In this document: one piece after another, positions 23,904 through 37,752 of the stretch
How positions within the stretch are numbered: the stretch's first letter is position 1
Layout: the number at the start of each line of letters is the position of its first letter
Assembly: GCA_951406725.2 (NCBI GenBank)
Contig: OX597814.1
Span: 130,386,001 to 130,450,000, forward strand
Direction: 5' to 3'
From: Octopus vulgaris
Taxonomy: Eukaryota
DNA: 64,000 nucleotides
Made by a program: the position numbers and the translations under genes
The notes under the pieces: generated by a model
What the model saw: only the letters and a program-made list of their open reading frames with translations
Database searches by the model: none
Told to the model about the DNA's origin: nothing

Positions 23904-25704
23904 TGCTACTTTAGCGTGCAGTCTACCGCAGTATCCTGTCTACGCTGTGAAATTATTTTTAGCGAGCGGTCTAGCTTTTCTTACTCTTTTACACATTAGC
24001 GTACGATCTACCGCCACTGTAATACTTTATATTAGGTCGTCATGTATGAAATTTGCAGTATGGTATATGGTAAACTTTGACAGCTGCTCATTTTGCCTGA
24101 TTATTATATTTTGACAATCTTATTTTTTTGTTAGAAAGCTGACACATCTATTTCTTTATTCTAACTCATTTTGCTCTTTATAGAGTATTTATAAATCACT
24201 TTCTGCTATTTTTGTTTAGAGATAAGTCGGAAATTCGTACAGTTTTGAAATATGAGTTCTTTCTTGGAAATACAGCATCACAAGTAGCTCGGAATTAAAT
24301 GGAGTATTTCATTCTAATGTTATTACACAGCAGACAGTATCTGACTGGTTTGCAAAATTTCGTTCTGATAACTTTGACCTCACAAATGAGCAACGCGGTC
24401 GACTAGAAACAAAGGTAGATAATGACGAACTGAAAGAGTCAGATCCATCTCAAAGTGCTCGTGAATTATCGTTGTTCTTTGGTTTTAGCAAGCAAACAAT
24501 ATTGACTCACCTAGTTCAAATCAGTAAAGTGAAAAAGTTGGATAAGTGGGTTCCACATAAACTCAATCAAAATCAGAAAGAGCAACGTTTGGAAGCCTGC
24601 ATTATGCTACTTTCTCGTCACAAAAATGATTCATTTTTTAATCGAATAATAATATGCGATGAGAAATGGATCCAATACAACAACCGTAAACGTTCAGCAC
24701 AATGGCTGAACAAAGACGAGCCACCAAAACACAGTCCAAAAAATAAAATTCATCCAAAGAAGCTGTTGGTGTGTGTTTGGTGGTCTGGCGCAGTTGTGAT
24801 CCATTATGATTTCATTAAACCTGGCCCATCAATCACGGCTGAAGTATTACGGCAGCCAACTGGACCAATTCATACAGAAACTTACAAAAATACAACCTAG
24901 ATTAGTCAACAAATCCACTCCTATTTTATTGCAAGACAACATCAGACCACACATCGCAGGAGTTGGAGTTGGAAGTTCTCCATCACCCACCATACTCACC
25001 TGATCTTGCTTCCACTGACTACCACTTCTTCCAAAATTTGGATAACTTTTTGATAGGAAAAAAATTAAATTCTGACGATGCTGTAAAATAGGCCTGCCAA
25101 AATTTTACTTACTCTAGATTGCAAGGCTTTTACAGTTCCGGGCTGGACAAGCGACCGCTAAAATGGCAAAAGTGTGTTGACAATATGGGTGCATACATTG
25201 ATGAATCAAACTATTCCTTGTATTTATAAAACATTAGCAAACTTTCTTCTTTCTGCAGGATGATAAAAACAAATTGAATAATGTTGAATAATGATTTAAT
25301 AACTTATACAATAATCTTAATTAATGATACACACTTTGTACTTCATTTAAGAATGCCACAAACAAATCTGCTGTACCTTTTCTCAAAAATTTCCAGCAAA
25401 AGTGATCAAGGTATGACTGGAAAAGCGCACTACTAACGCCTCTCATTTTCTTTAAAATAGTTGTTTTGGAATCCAGCCTAGATCTCTCAATACCATGAGC
25501 ATGTGTTCGTGTGATGTAACTAGAGGATTGTTTTCATGTAAAAATGCAACTGCTGCTTCGTCTATAAAAATTATACATCTATAGAAATCCTTTAACAGCA
25601 TTGTAATGGCTAAAATTAACTCGGATTAAGAGGGTAAGAAATGGTAGACCACACGCTAAAAGCAATTTCACAGCGTAGACAGGATACTGCACGCTAAAGT
25701 AGCA
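23904..25704. mobile_element. Older inverted-repeat element (arms 23904-23990 and 25628-25704) enclosing a mariner
   Basis: TGCTACTTTAGCGTGCAGT...ATCCTGTCTACGCTGTGAAATT is matched in reverse complement at 25628-25704. Confidence 0.65.
24032..25210 (+). pseudogene. Mariner (Hsmar1/cecropia-like, DD34D) transposase pseudogene
   Basis: DKSEIRTVLKYEF, WVPHKL, CDEKW, QDNIRPH, HPPYSPDLASTDYHFF and WQKCVDNMGAY motifs with stops and frameshifts; left end TA-TTAGGTCG. Confidence 0.92.
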
Positions 25705-27360
25705 CCGAGAATTGTTTGTTGGTGATGTCATAAGACTAGAAAATTCGACAACTGAAACAATTAATTTTAAACTATTGAACTCGAAGCAGATAAAGCTATA
25801 AAGAAGAGCGTGTAGATATTGGGTTTAAATACATTTGAAAAGAAAAAAGTTGAAGGCTGCTGGTGGAATTAGAACCTCTGGAGATTGGTGAATTCAACGA
25901 AAACAACGCCGTCTCTTTAAGCAAGATAATATTTGTTTTAGTTTTTGTTTTATCGAATGTATTTGTCGTTTTCACCCTTCTCTTTCTGACAGATTGTCAA
26001 CTAATTAATGTTTTCTTATAAAGACATGAAACTCTGGACTTAACTGAAGTCAACACTAACGTGAGTGTCATTTTAATTACTTAGCAAGAGAATTAAACTA
26101 GGTCGCGGATTCGGTTTACAGAGAAACAATTTCTAATCTATGCCGTCCGTCAGACAGCGGTAAATAATGACTTCCTTTGGTTAAGCAAAACGACAAAGCT
26201 TTGTGTTGGAAAATACAATGGAATTATTCATGTTCATACCCATTTGGGAATTGATACCAGGTCATGTATGCAACATGATGTGAACTAATCTCTTTGTTCT
26301 AATTCGCATTACAATCAACGAGAAATAGCAACTTCAAACAACAGCACGCAAATTGAAAGAGGTAGAAAGTCAGCGTAATCAACCGGAGTACATATCTGGT
26401 ATCTATTTTATCAACAGTGGAGGAATAAAAAATAAAGCCCACCCGCAACGTGTATTTGATTGCAGAATGCAAAATACTCTAAAAACGTTAAAACCTTTAG
26501 TGCAGTGATCTACCGTATCACAAACTATAATTTTTTGATGGAGAACACAGCCAACTTAGTTAGTTAATTGGTGTTTATTTTATTGATCCTGATATGATCA
26601 AAGGCTAATTCAACTCTGGCGAGATTTGAACTCAGCACTTAAAAGAACGTAATTAAACACCAAAGGCGTTTTCCACGATTTTTTCCCATTGTTCTTTCCT
26701 CGGCGCATAATTATTTCTAGTTAGCACTTTAATGCTTCCTGCATTAAGTGTTGCAAATACTAACTAAATTACTGTTTTTAAATTTTGAACTACTAACGAT
26801 TCTCTTATCCATCGCCATTCAGTGTGAAATAAGAACGGGTATTTGAAATCCTTTCAGTTTGAAAGATTTAACACCCACACACATATACTTGTGTATGTAT
26901 GTATATGAATATAGATATATGTGTGCCTGTGTTTATATACGTACAAAGAACTTTAAATATATATGCGTGTGTATGTCTATATTTACATATATGTATATAT
27001 TTCCGAGGGTATGGGTATGCTTGAGTGTGCATAATTGCGCGCGCGTAAGTGTGTACGCGCTCTATAAATATTGGTGAACACTGTATGTATATACTGATGT
27101 AAACACATACACTACAATATAGCGTTCAAGCAGAATACTAAAGGTCAGGTTTTGTTAATCAAGCTAGCCTCCAAAAATGAGTTATCTATGCAAATCGGCC
27201 AAAATTATTTACTGAAACAGTAATAGTGTCCCCATAAATAGTTAACAAACTTATACGATTGAGGGTAAATCCAAACGCCGGATTAAAAAAAGTCCTGCTG
27301 GCCTCCTTTTCCTGATATTCAACATACATTCAATATACAGGAGTGGACGTGTAGTAAGAA

Positions 27361-27590
27361 GGCGGTGAGCTGGCAGAAACGTTAGCGCGTCGGGCAAAAT
27401 GCTTCGCGATATTTCGTCTGCTATTACGTTCTGAGTTCAAATTCCGCCGAGGTCGACTTTGCCTTTCAATCTTTCAGGGTCAATAAATTAAGTACCAGTT
27501 ACGCATTGAGAGTCGATGTAATCGACTTAATCCGTTTGTCTGTCATTGTTCCCTCTATGTTTAGTCCCTTGTGGGCAATAAAGAAATAAG
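27361..27590 (+). mobile_element. SINE family B, full length, inserted in a family A head
   Basis: GGCGGTGAGCTGGCAGAAACGTTAG...GAGTTCAAATTCC head; TAAGAA duplicated at both ends. Confidence 0.85.
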
Positions 27591-27604
27591 AAGCTCGCTT
27601 CCGG

Positions 27605-29835
27605 TATCCCAGAGCTCACTTGGTTTGTTGTATTTGTGCGACGTAGACGTGTTTTTTGGCTGTGCGGGGTTTTTTTTGGCGTCCAGTGAGAAGTTGCGAG
27701 GGACTAAATTGTTCTGTTTCAAGTCTTGAAGGCTGCCCCTCCTCGGAATATGTGTCGTCGTCGGAAGTGATCGTGAAGTGCTTGAAGAAAATAGACAGGG
27801 CTTTGCAGAAAAGAAGCTATGCTGCGGTGACAGAAGAAAAGTGCGAAGACGTAAGGTTGGAGGGCATGAACAAGTTTAAAGGAATGCTTGAAAGGGAGGG
27901 GAACGAAGTGAAGGTGTTCTCGACCACAGAAGTTTTGAAAGAAACTGCGGAAATAACTGTAATATACAGAACTTACTCCGTGGAAGCTAGAAACATTGAA
28001 AATACGTCAACGGCACAAGTGGAAAAGGCGTTGAGACCGGTCTGGCAAGGGAATTCGTACCTTGCCAGAGGAAAGAAATTTGGATCGGTGGCGGTGCGGT
28101 TTCGGGAGGTGACTACCACCAGGCTACACTAAGCAACACCGCTGAAAACCAATGAGGTAGTTCTTCTGCCTGTTTACCTTGGAAGCCGTGCTTCCAGGGT
28201 TCGGGTAGAGGAAATACCTCCGGAAGTCAATGTAGCCAGGATGGTGGCTGCCATACTGCTGGCTTGGAGGTGAAGGTGGCATTCCTCCAAGTCACCAGAA
28301 CTCGAATTGGAATGGAGAAACCCTGGATATGGTGGTGCAAATCGCTGAAGAAAATTTAGAAAAGATGTTCGAGAGCATAATAGTTGGAGACACAACTTTA
28401 AAATTTAGAGTGGAAGGAAGGTGGAGGAGATGTTTCGGAAGGTAGCTACCCCCAGGCTGCACTCAGCAAACCGCTGAAAACTAATGAGGTAGATCTGCCC
28501 GTTTACCTTAGAAGGCGTGCTGCCAGAGTTAGGGTAGAGGAAATACTCCCGGAGGTCGATGTAGCCTGGCTGGTGGCTGCCATACTACTAGGCATGGAGG
28601 AGAAGGTGCTGCTCCTACAGGCTACAAGAGAACCGCATAGAAATTGGCAGAGACAACCCTGGATATGGTGGTACAAGTGGCGGAGGAAGATATAGAAAAG
28701 ATAGTAGAGAACATCACAGTTGGAGACACAACGTTGAAAGTCAGAGTGGAAGGAAGAATTCGGAGATGCTATAAAAGAGCGGAGTGGCGCCCCACCACCG
28801 GAAAAAGCTAAAGAGAATGAGGAAGTGGTAGGTGTTCCACAGCCCGCGGAGGAAAAAGTAAGAGATATGGCACTGCAGAGTACCAACATCGAAGAAGAGG
28901 TGACAAGCACCAGCTGGGAGATAGCAGGAAAGAAAAGAAAAAGGAAGACACATGTGGTAAGGGATGACCCTCCAACCCATAACCGCCCTGCCCTCACCCA
29001 CACTACCCCAACCACTTCCTAGAGACACCAACCCTTCTCATGCTCAGTCTGACAAAGAAACGTTTACAAACACACAGGAGCCTCCAATTTACCCACCCCA
29101 CCCTGTAAGGAGAGATGTGTATTAAGGTGTAATGAACAGGATGAGGAAGTGAACAATGAAGTAAATTAGAGGGACAGAGTAGTCAAGGTGGATGTAGCGG
29201 GTGTAAGGGGTCTACCCGTGAACAATTATTACGTGCTGACGCACCCGGGAGAACATGTGGAAGTTGAACAAGTATTTGGAATACTGTGACTGCAAGTGGT
29301 GGAAGAAAAATATTGACACTAGTACAATGCCGGAAAATATAAGGTACGTTGATATCTTAAAGAAATACAAAATAGACATTTAAAAAAAAGATATGGATTA
29401 ACTGTTGCATAAACGGTGGTTGCAAATAGTAATACAAACGGTGTCGAAAAAAATTGGAGTAATACAAACGGAGATCGAAATTATGGAACTGTGGAAGTGC
29501 AGTTTAGAAAGATAGCAACTGCTAAACTGCACTCGGCCACATCGTTAAAAACGGAAGAGGTAGTGCTGCTACCTATGTACCTCGGGAGACGGACGGCCAG
29601 GGTTCGGGTAGTGGACATATCACCAGAAGTAAATGTAGCTTGGCTGGTGGCTGCCGTGCCGCTGGAGATGGAGGAGAAGGTGGGAGTCCTGCAGGCCACC
29701 AGAATGCCCCCAAAGGAATTGGAGCGGTCAAACCCTGGAAATGATGGTACAGGTCGCGGAGGTGGACCTAGAAAAGAAGGTAGAAAACATCTTAGTGGGT
29801 GAAACGACTTTGAAAGTTAGAGTGGAGAGGAGAAA
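27605..29835 (+). pseudogene. Decayed 5' end/ORF1 of a non-LTR retrotransposon (L1/Tx1-like) with a triplicated internal segment
   Basis: AGACGTG 5' motif and KRSYAAV; block LHSATxLKTxEVVLLPxYLGxRxxRVRVxxIxPEVxVA at about 28100, 28440 and 29500. Confidence 0.55.
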
Positions 29836-30134
29836 AGAATATAGAGTTAGGTATGGTATAACATACTTATTGCAGTCAACCCGTGAATGCTTTATCTTAT
29901 TCAGCTTCAGTTATGTTTAAAACCGCGATTTAAGTGAAGAAAAATTCGTTAGTACTATTTATTGTGAAGAAAAGCAAGGAATATTAGTTCGAAATCCAAA
30001 TTAATTTTAATTCTTTTAATTCTTTTTATTTTTTCATGGAGACTAACAAAATATAATTGAAGTTAAACCCTGGAACATTTGAAGATACAAATGTATAGGA
30101 ACATTTCCAAGTAGTGAAGATATTTAGTCATATA

Positions 30135-30463
<329 letters not shown>

Positions 30464-30590
30464 GTATATATATACGTGTGTATATCTATATATACATATA
30501 TGTATATGTATGTATATATATACGTGTGTATATCTATATATATGTATATGTATGTATATATATACGTGTGTATATCTATATATATGTATG

Positions 30591-30622
<32 letters not shown>

Positions 30623-30632
30623 TATATATGTG

Positions 30633-30663
<31 letters not shown>

Positions 30664-30762
30664 TTTTATAGATTGATTGATTGATTGATTGATTCTAGTT
30701 TCAGCTTATGAGCTGTGGCCATGCTGGGGCACCGCCATTTGGTGTTGCTACTTGGTTTCACT

Positions 30763-33707
30763 TCATGGAGGCTTTCTAGCAACTGCTATTTGGTGCATGA
30801 GAGAGTTCGATGCAGCTGCCCTCATCTGCCCCTCCTGCCGTGAAGTTGGTTCATCTGGGACACCTGACTCCAGGTCCCTCAGGTTCTTCAGGAGGATATT
30901 GAAGAGCCGTGGGCCTCTGAAGCCCAGGCTATCACAATATCTTGTCCTACATCTTGATGGCAGGTTTGGAGTCCTTGGTACCACGCAGTGGCGTCCGGTT
31001 CTGGCATTTGTGTGACTCTCGATGCCAAAGTCTGGGACAAGACCTTCCAGGATCTTCCAGATGTATATTATGGCATATCTTTCCCGCCTACGCTCCAGGG
31101 AATAGAGCTTTAATCTCTTGAGTCTCTCCCAGTAGCTTACATATGCTGCATAGAGGCTATCTTCTTCGTGTAGCTTCGTTGGATCGCCTCAAGTTCTGTG
31201 ATCAACTTGACACTGGATGGTGACCATAGCTGAGAGCAATAGTCAAAGTGGCTTAGGACAAGTGTCTTCCAGAGGACCATAATGGTTTCTTGTTCTCTTG
31301 TTCTAAAGGTTCTAAGAATCCATCCAGCCAGCCGTCTACATTTCATTGTCTTTAGCAACATGTACATGAAAGGTCGCGTCATTCATGTGAATACCCAGGT
31401 CACCACTGATTGTGCCTCCAATCCCTCCGGGTCCAGTGTATTCATTGGGTATTGCATTCAGTTTTGCATGCTGATAGTATAAAGCTTGAAACTTTTCCAG
31501 CATTGAACTGCATGCTATTCTTTTCAGCCCACTTGTATATTTCGTCCAGCTCACATTGCAGGTGTTTAGTGTCCTCAGGGTTCTGTATTGCCTGTGAAAC
31601 TTTTGTATCATCTGCATAACTTGTGATCGTGTCTCTCTGCGTGGCTGAGGGCATGTCTGAGAGGGCCATTATGAACAGTAGTGGTCCCAAAACAGTGCCC
31701 TGCGGAACACCGCTCACTATTTGTGTGTTAATGGAGGTGGCCCCATTGGCTACTACCACCTGACTTCTATTCTTCAGAAAGTCATGAAGCCATTCTCCCA
31801 GTTTTCCAACTATGTTGAGATCACGCAGTTTGTGACATATCATTCCATGATCGACTTTATCAAAGGCCTTTGCAAAGTCGAGATATATCACTTCCACATT
31901 TGAGTGGTTGAGCAGCCGTTTCAGCACCCAGTCATAGTGTTGTAGGAGCTGAGTTAAACAGCTTCTCCCTGGTCGGAAACCATGTTGGGTGTCGGGCAGC
32001 AAGTCATTCTCTTCAAGGAAGGTGATCAGCTTCCTTCTGACTATTCGTTCCATGACCTTGCTGATGTGTGAGGTCAGAGAGATAGGTCTATAGTTCTTGG
32101 CCTTCCGCTCTGCTACCTCCTTTATGAATGGGGCATATTTTACCTTCCTTCAGTTTTCCTGGAAGTTTGCCAGCTGCAAGGAAGCTCTGAAAGAGGAACT
32201 GCAGTGGTCTTGCTAGGACTCTCTTACATGCTTTTAGGAGGATTGCCGGGAATCCATCGGGGCCAGTAGCTGAGTCTGTTTTCATTTCATCTATAGCCTT
32301 GGTTACATCGTCTTCATTTATATCGATGTAATCTATCGTCGCCGCCTCTGATTTTATATCTGCAGTGGTAAAAAAGTCAGTTGGATTGGTGATTTGGAGA
32401 TGCCCAAGGGGTGGAGTGAAAACACTCTTGAATTGCTCATTCAGTATTTCACTTACCCTCATTGGTTTTCCTGTAAGTGTGCCATCCTTTTCAGGAGTGG
32501 CCCTATTCTACAGTGCACTGTAGCTGTTTCTTTGGCATACCTGTAGAAAGCTCTGGGGTTAGATTTTATGTTTTCTATAGCCCAGGCTTCTTTGTCTGCT
32601 CTTTCCTTTTCATGGGAGAGTTGCAGACAATTTTCGATTTCCAACAGTTTTATTTTTAGGCGGGACTTTTCACTGCTTTCAATCTGTTTGTTTAGGCGAT
32701 TTGAAATTTTCGTACGCCGTCTCATTAAAATTTTCCTCTCTCTGGGGATTTTGTTCTTGTGTACAGTGGCCTTTCTCTCTGGGACACATTTGTAGCATAT
32801 GGCTTGCATTACAGACATGAATTGTTGAAGTTTCACGTCGATGTCTGGCGAGGAGAGACATTCAGGCCAGTTTTGTTTGAGGATCTCTTTCTCAATTTGT
32901 TTCCAGTTTGCCTTATTGGTAGTTCAAGCTGGAAAGATTTTGAGGGTTTCTTGTAGGCTGCATGTCCGTGCTCTCTTTTGGCCCGTACATGGTCAGCTCT
33001 ACCATGTTGTGATCCGAGAGTAGTGTCGGTGTCACTTTCACATTATGGATGAGATCCATGTCATTTGTGAAGCAGAGATCCAGTGTGTTACCTGCCCTGG
33101 TTGGTTGGAGTATTACCTGCTCCATGTACAGGGTGTTGATGAGGTTCAGGAGGGACCTCGCCTGTCCTCGTTCACATCTTGTCATTCCTGGGAGAGAAAG
33201 GCCCTCGGGCCATCTGACATTGGGCAGATTGAAGTCTCCCATAAGAAGCACACCTATGTGTTGTTCTAATGTGGTTAGAATTTCTTCTATTTTTATAAGG
33301 CAGTCTTCGAACTTGCCCACATGGCTTGGGGCATCTGGAGGGCGATATGTAGCACACACAACTACATCAAGTTGCCTAATATGTACAATTAGTGTGTCAC
33401 ACACCGAGTTTGAGTATGACAAGAGGACCTGGGGTGTGAGGTCCTCACGGATGTACATAGCAACACCTCCATGACTCCTTTCTTTCCTGTCGGTCCGTAG
33501 TACAGCATACTGTGGTATGTGTAACTCCGCATCTGCTATGTCCGGTTTCAGGTGCGTTTCTGTAAGTGCTATGCATAAGGCTTGATTGCATGCAACAAAG
33601 TCTCTCAGGAACGGGATCTTTGTCCTGTTACTGAGTGTTTGCAGTCCTCTGATGTTCAGTAGGAGTATCGAGGTGAGGTGTACGTTGTTGTTGCCGGCGG
33701 TGTCCAT
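30763..33707 (-). pseudogene. LINE ORF2: apurinic-like endonuclease plus reverse transcriptase, frameshifted
   Basis: LNIRGL, LTETHL, GDFNLP, LDLCF and SDHN (APE); YLDFAKAFDKVDH, GVPQGTVLGP and YADDTK (RT). Several frameshifts and a deletion of about 50 bp near 30867. Confidence 0.93.
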
Positions 33708-34569
33708 CCTGTGTCTGTTTGCTGTGGTGGTCTGGTATATAGTGGGTAGTCCCACCTGCGGGCTTGGGTTTCATGAAGCCAGGTCAGCTGCTGTACAATC
33801 TTTTGTGCCATGCACAAAAAAGATTGTTGCTCAGCAACTGCTCTTTCGACAACATCATGTTTGCTGTTTGTGGCGCGCACAACATCTGCGTACCTCCGCT
33901 TTGGGGCAGGTGGTGCGTAGTCCATCCCTTTTCTTTGTGTTGATGGTTTGTCCATCTGCCTCGTGTCTCTGTGGCAGGGTCCCCGATGTGCAAAGCGGCA
34001 GCCTGCACCTTCCTTTCCGTGCCAGCAGGAACCTCTCAGGTAGAACATACACACCCGTGTACGCTGTTTGGTTCCATCCTTTGCGGTTCCACTTCTACTC
34101 CTGGTTGTTTCACTCTTTGGTCCTGCTTGAGCTTTTTCTTTTCCTTTAGCTCTTCCAGTCCTTCTTTTAGTTCTTCTTCCTCCTCTACCTCTTCACCGGG
34201 TTCTCCGTCTCCATGGCCCTTGCTGCCGGTTGGAGAACTTGCACCTGGGTTCACTTCCCGGGCAGGTTTCTCATTCAAAACCTCCTCCTGGGCGTCCACC
34301 AGGTGGGGGTGACTTCTTTCATCGTCTCCATTCTTGCCATCTTTGCCCCGCTCGTTCTCAAAGATGGCATCAAGTGCGCCAATGTGCGACCGTACAAGCG
34401 CATATGAGCGCACGAATTCCTGTCTCTTTCGCTCCATCTGAGCCGCTGTCCTCTTGTAGCCTCTGCTCTTCAGCGCAGCCGCAATCACCTCGCTAGGGCT
34501 ATCTCCGCCGGCGCACTCCCATGCTCGTACGAATAAATCCAGCTCGTCACGTCTCCATGCTCTGGACAT
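33656..34569 (-). pseudogene. LINE ORF1: Myb/SANT-like N-terminus, acidic linker, CCCH zinc finger; frameshift near 34050
   Basis: W..DE..LF...W...IAAAL..RGYKRTAAQ...K......Y, and CMFYLRGSCWHGKEGAGCRFAH (C-x7-C-x8-C-x3-H). Confidence 0.7.
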
Positions 34570-34629
34570 GCTGGATAATCCGTCTATCCGTTTATCTATC
34601 TAATTATGTTCGAGAGAAGACAGGAAGAT

Positions 34630-35830
34630 ATTAAGGCTAATTAGAAGATAGAGTACTTGAAAAAGAAATATTAACAATATTAAAGTTTGTGTAAAAACGT
34701 TATTTGGGTAAAAACGTTATTTAATCTTAAGGCTAATTAGGAGATAGAGTATCTGAAAATATATTAGCAATATTAATATTATATTAGAGTGTGGGTAAAA
34801 AAACGTTATTTAATCTTAAGGCTAATTTGGAGATAGAGTATCTGAAAATATATTAGCAGTATTAATATTATATTAGAGTGTGGGTAATATTAAACGTTAT
34901 TTAATTTAATCTTAAGGCTAATTAGAAGACAGAGTATCTGAAAAATTATATATACAATATTAAGCAATATTAACCGTTATTTAATTTAATCTTAAGGCTA
35001 ATTAGACGTTATTAATATTAAACGTTATTTAATTTAATCTTAAGGCTAATTAGAAGATAGAGTATCTGAAAATATATTAGCAATATTAATATTATATTAG
35101 AGTGTGGATAAAAACGTTATTTAATCTTAAGGCTAATCAGGAGATAGAGTATGTGAAAATATATTAGCAATGTTAATATTATATTAGAGTGTGGGTAATA
35201 TTAAACGTTATTTAATTTAATCTTAAGGCTAATTAGAAGATAGAGTATCTGAAGAAGTATTAACAATATTAAAACAATATTAAACGTTATTTAATTTAAT
35301 CTTAAGGCTAATTAACAATAATTATTAACAATATTAAACAATATTAAACGTTATTTAATTTAATCCTAAGGCTAATTAACAATAATTATTAACAATATTA
35401 GACAATATTAAACGTTATTTAATTTAATCTTAAGGCTAATTAACAGTAATTATTAACAATATTAAACAATATTAAACGTTATTTAATTTAATCCTAAGGC
35501 TAATTAACAATAATTATTAACAATATTAAACGTTATTTAATTTAATCCTAAGGCTAATTAGACGTTATTAATATTAAACGTTATTTAATTTAATCTTAAG
35601 GCTAATTAGAAGATAGAGTATCTGAAAAATTATTAACAATATTAAAACAATATTAAACGTTATTTAATTTAATCTTAAGGCTAATTAACAATAATTATTA
35701 ACAATATTAAACTATATTAAACGTTATTTAATTTAATCCTAAGGCTAATTTGACGGTATCAATATTAAACGTTATTTAATTTAATCTTAAGGCTAATTAG
35801 AAGATAGAGTATCTGGAAAATTATTATATC
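34630..35830 (-). repeat. AT-rich tandem array inside the LINE 5'UTR
   Basis: About 20 recurrences of AACGTTATTTAAT(TTAAT)CYTAAGGCTAATT with alternating spacers. Confidence 0.9.
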
Positions 35831-36278
35831 GAGAACAGTTATTGAAAATGTAAACAAACCCAATAACGATCGCAACTTTAACTAAGATGTGGGCCTAAGT
35901 GAAAGATAAAATAGAATAATAAATAAAATATGAAATAGATGAAATTGATACTTAATCCAACAATGTGGTCTGGATAATTTTTTTTGGTTTACGGGAATTT
36001 TTTCGGGAGAGATGCTTCTTTTTCTTTCTTGCAGGAGATAACTTGATTCAGTTATTTTTGCACCATGTGCGTTTCGGCGAAAATGAAAATTACTGTGTAT
36101 ATGTATATATTTATATATATATTTTTTAAAATATTTTTAACCAAAGTGTTGTAGTGATCTCTATGACTTAGAGTTTTACGTTTTGCAACTACAGTGGGTT
36201 ATTTCGCCGTTCTATGCAGACTTTTTCACAGAGCAAAGGCAATCACGTCTTTCTCTGCTGAAAACGGAACTATATATA

Positions 36279-36311
<33 letters not shown>

Positions 36312-36377
36312 GTATATATGTATATATATATACATATATATATATGTATATATATATATGTATACATATATATGTAT

Positions 36378-36539
<162 letters not shown>

Positions 36540-36546
36540 GTATATA

Positions 36547-36717
<171 letters not shown>

Positions 36718-36938
36718 TCAATATAGGGTGGCAAAAATTCAGCAGAAATTATTTGCCACCAGCGGCCTAGTGGGAAAAAAATAAATAGTCAGAGACTATT
36801 AATAAATTCAACAGCAAAATTAAGGAACAGCCATAATAGGCCGTTCAACCCACTAGAAATAGCAGCCAAGGCTTCAACCGCAAAACAATATTAATTCCGT
36901 AAACCAGGAGAAAATTTAAAAAAACATTTATCCTGTAA

Positions 36939-37043
36939 TACTTTATAAAATGCATCGTTTCGTCTATTTTTTAATGGTAAATCAACCTGATTAAATTAAA
37001 TCAAGCTAATCTTCCATAGGCCAATAGATTCATCAGTAAAGTA
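36939..37043 (-). ncRNA. Type I hammerhead ribozyme copy with GUA>UUA change
   Basis: Reverse complement of 37649-37752 with a substitution in stem III. Confidence 0.65.
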
Positions 37044-37648
37044 AGCCAGACGGGACAGATATTTACACGAGGCAGCACCAATACTGCCTCGGCTATATCT
37101 GACCTAAAATTTTCAAATCATCGTACTCGCGCCAAATTTATCGGCAGCAAATATAAGCTGCCGATTCCATTTCGGAATTAAACAGAAAATTCATAATCAA
37201 TCAATATAGGGTGGCAAAAAATTCAGCAGAAATTATTTGCCACCAGCGGCCTAGTGGGAAAAAAATAAATAGTCAGAGACTATTAATAAATTCAACAGCA
37301 AAATTAAGGAACGGCCATAGTAGGCCGTTCAACCCACTAGAAATAGCAGCCAAGGCTTCAACCGCAAAACAATATTAATTTCGTAAACCAGGAGAAAATT
37401 AAAAAAAACATTTACCGTGTAATACTTTATACAATGCATCGTTTCGTCTATTTTTTAATGGTAAATCAACCTGATTAAATTAAATCAAGCTAATCTTCCA
37501 TAGGCCAATAGATTCTCCGAAATGGAATCGGCAGCTTATATTTGCTGCCGATAAATTTGGTGCGAGTACGATGATTTGAAAATTTTAGGTCAGATATAGC
37601 CGAGACAGTAATGGTGCTGCCTCGTGTAAATATCTGTCCCGTCTGGCT

Positions 37649-37752
37649 TACTTTACTGATGAATCTATTGGCCTATGGAAGATTAGCTTGATTTAATTTA
37701 ATCAGGTTGATTTACCATTAAAAATAGACGAAACGATGCATTGTATAAAGTA
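37649..37752 (+). ncRNA. Type I hammerhead ribozyme with extended stem II
   Basis: TACTTTA-CTGATGA-ATCTATT...AATAGAC-GAAAC-GATGCATT-GTA-TAAAGTA: 7-bp stem I, complete core, predicted cut after 37745. Confidence 0.85.

Larger units (their letters stand above)
30671..36270 (-). mobile_element. Full-length APE-RT LINE (CR1-group/Proto2-like, clade uncertain), about 5.6 kb, with (ATCA)n tail
   Basis: 5' end GTTCCGTTTTCAGCAGAGAAAGACGTG, repetitive 5'UTR, ORF1, ORF2 and tail; (TA)n on both flanks. Confidence 0.92.

Noticed and set aside
34630-35830. CRISPR-like repeat/spacer appearance
   Set aside because: The spacers recur and vary in length, the context is eukaryotic, and no cas genes are present.
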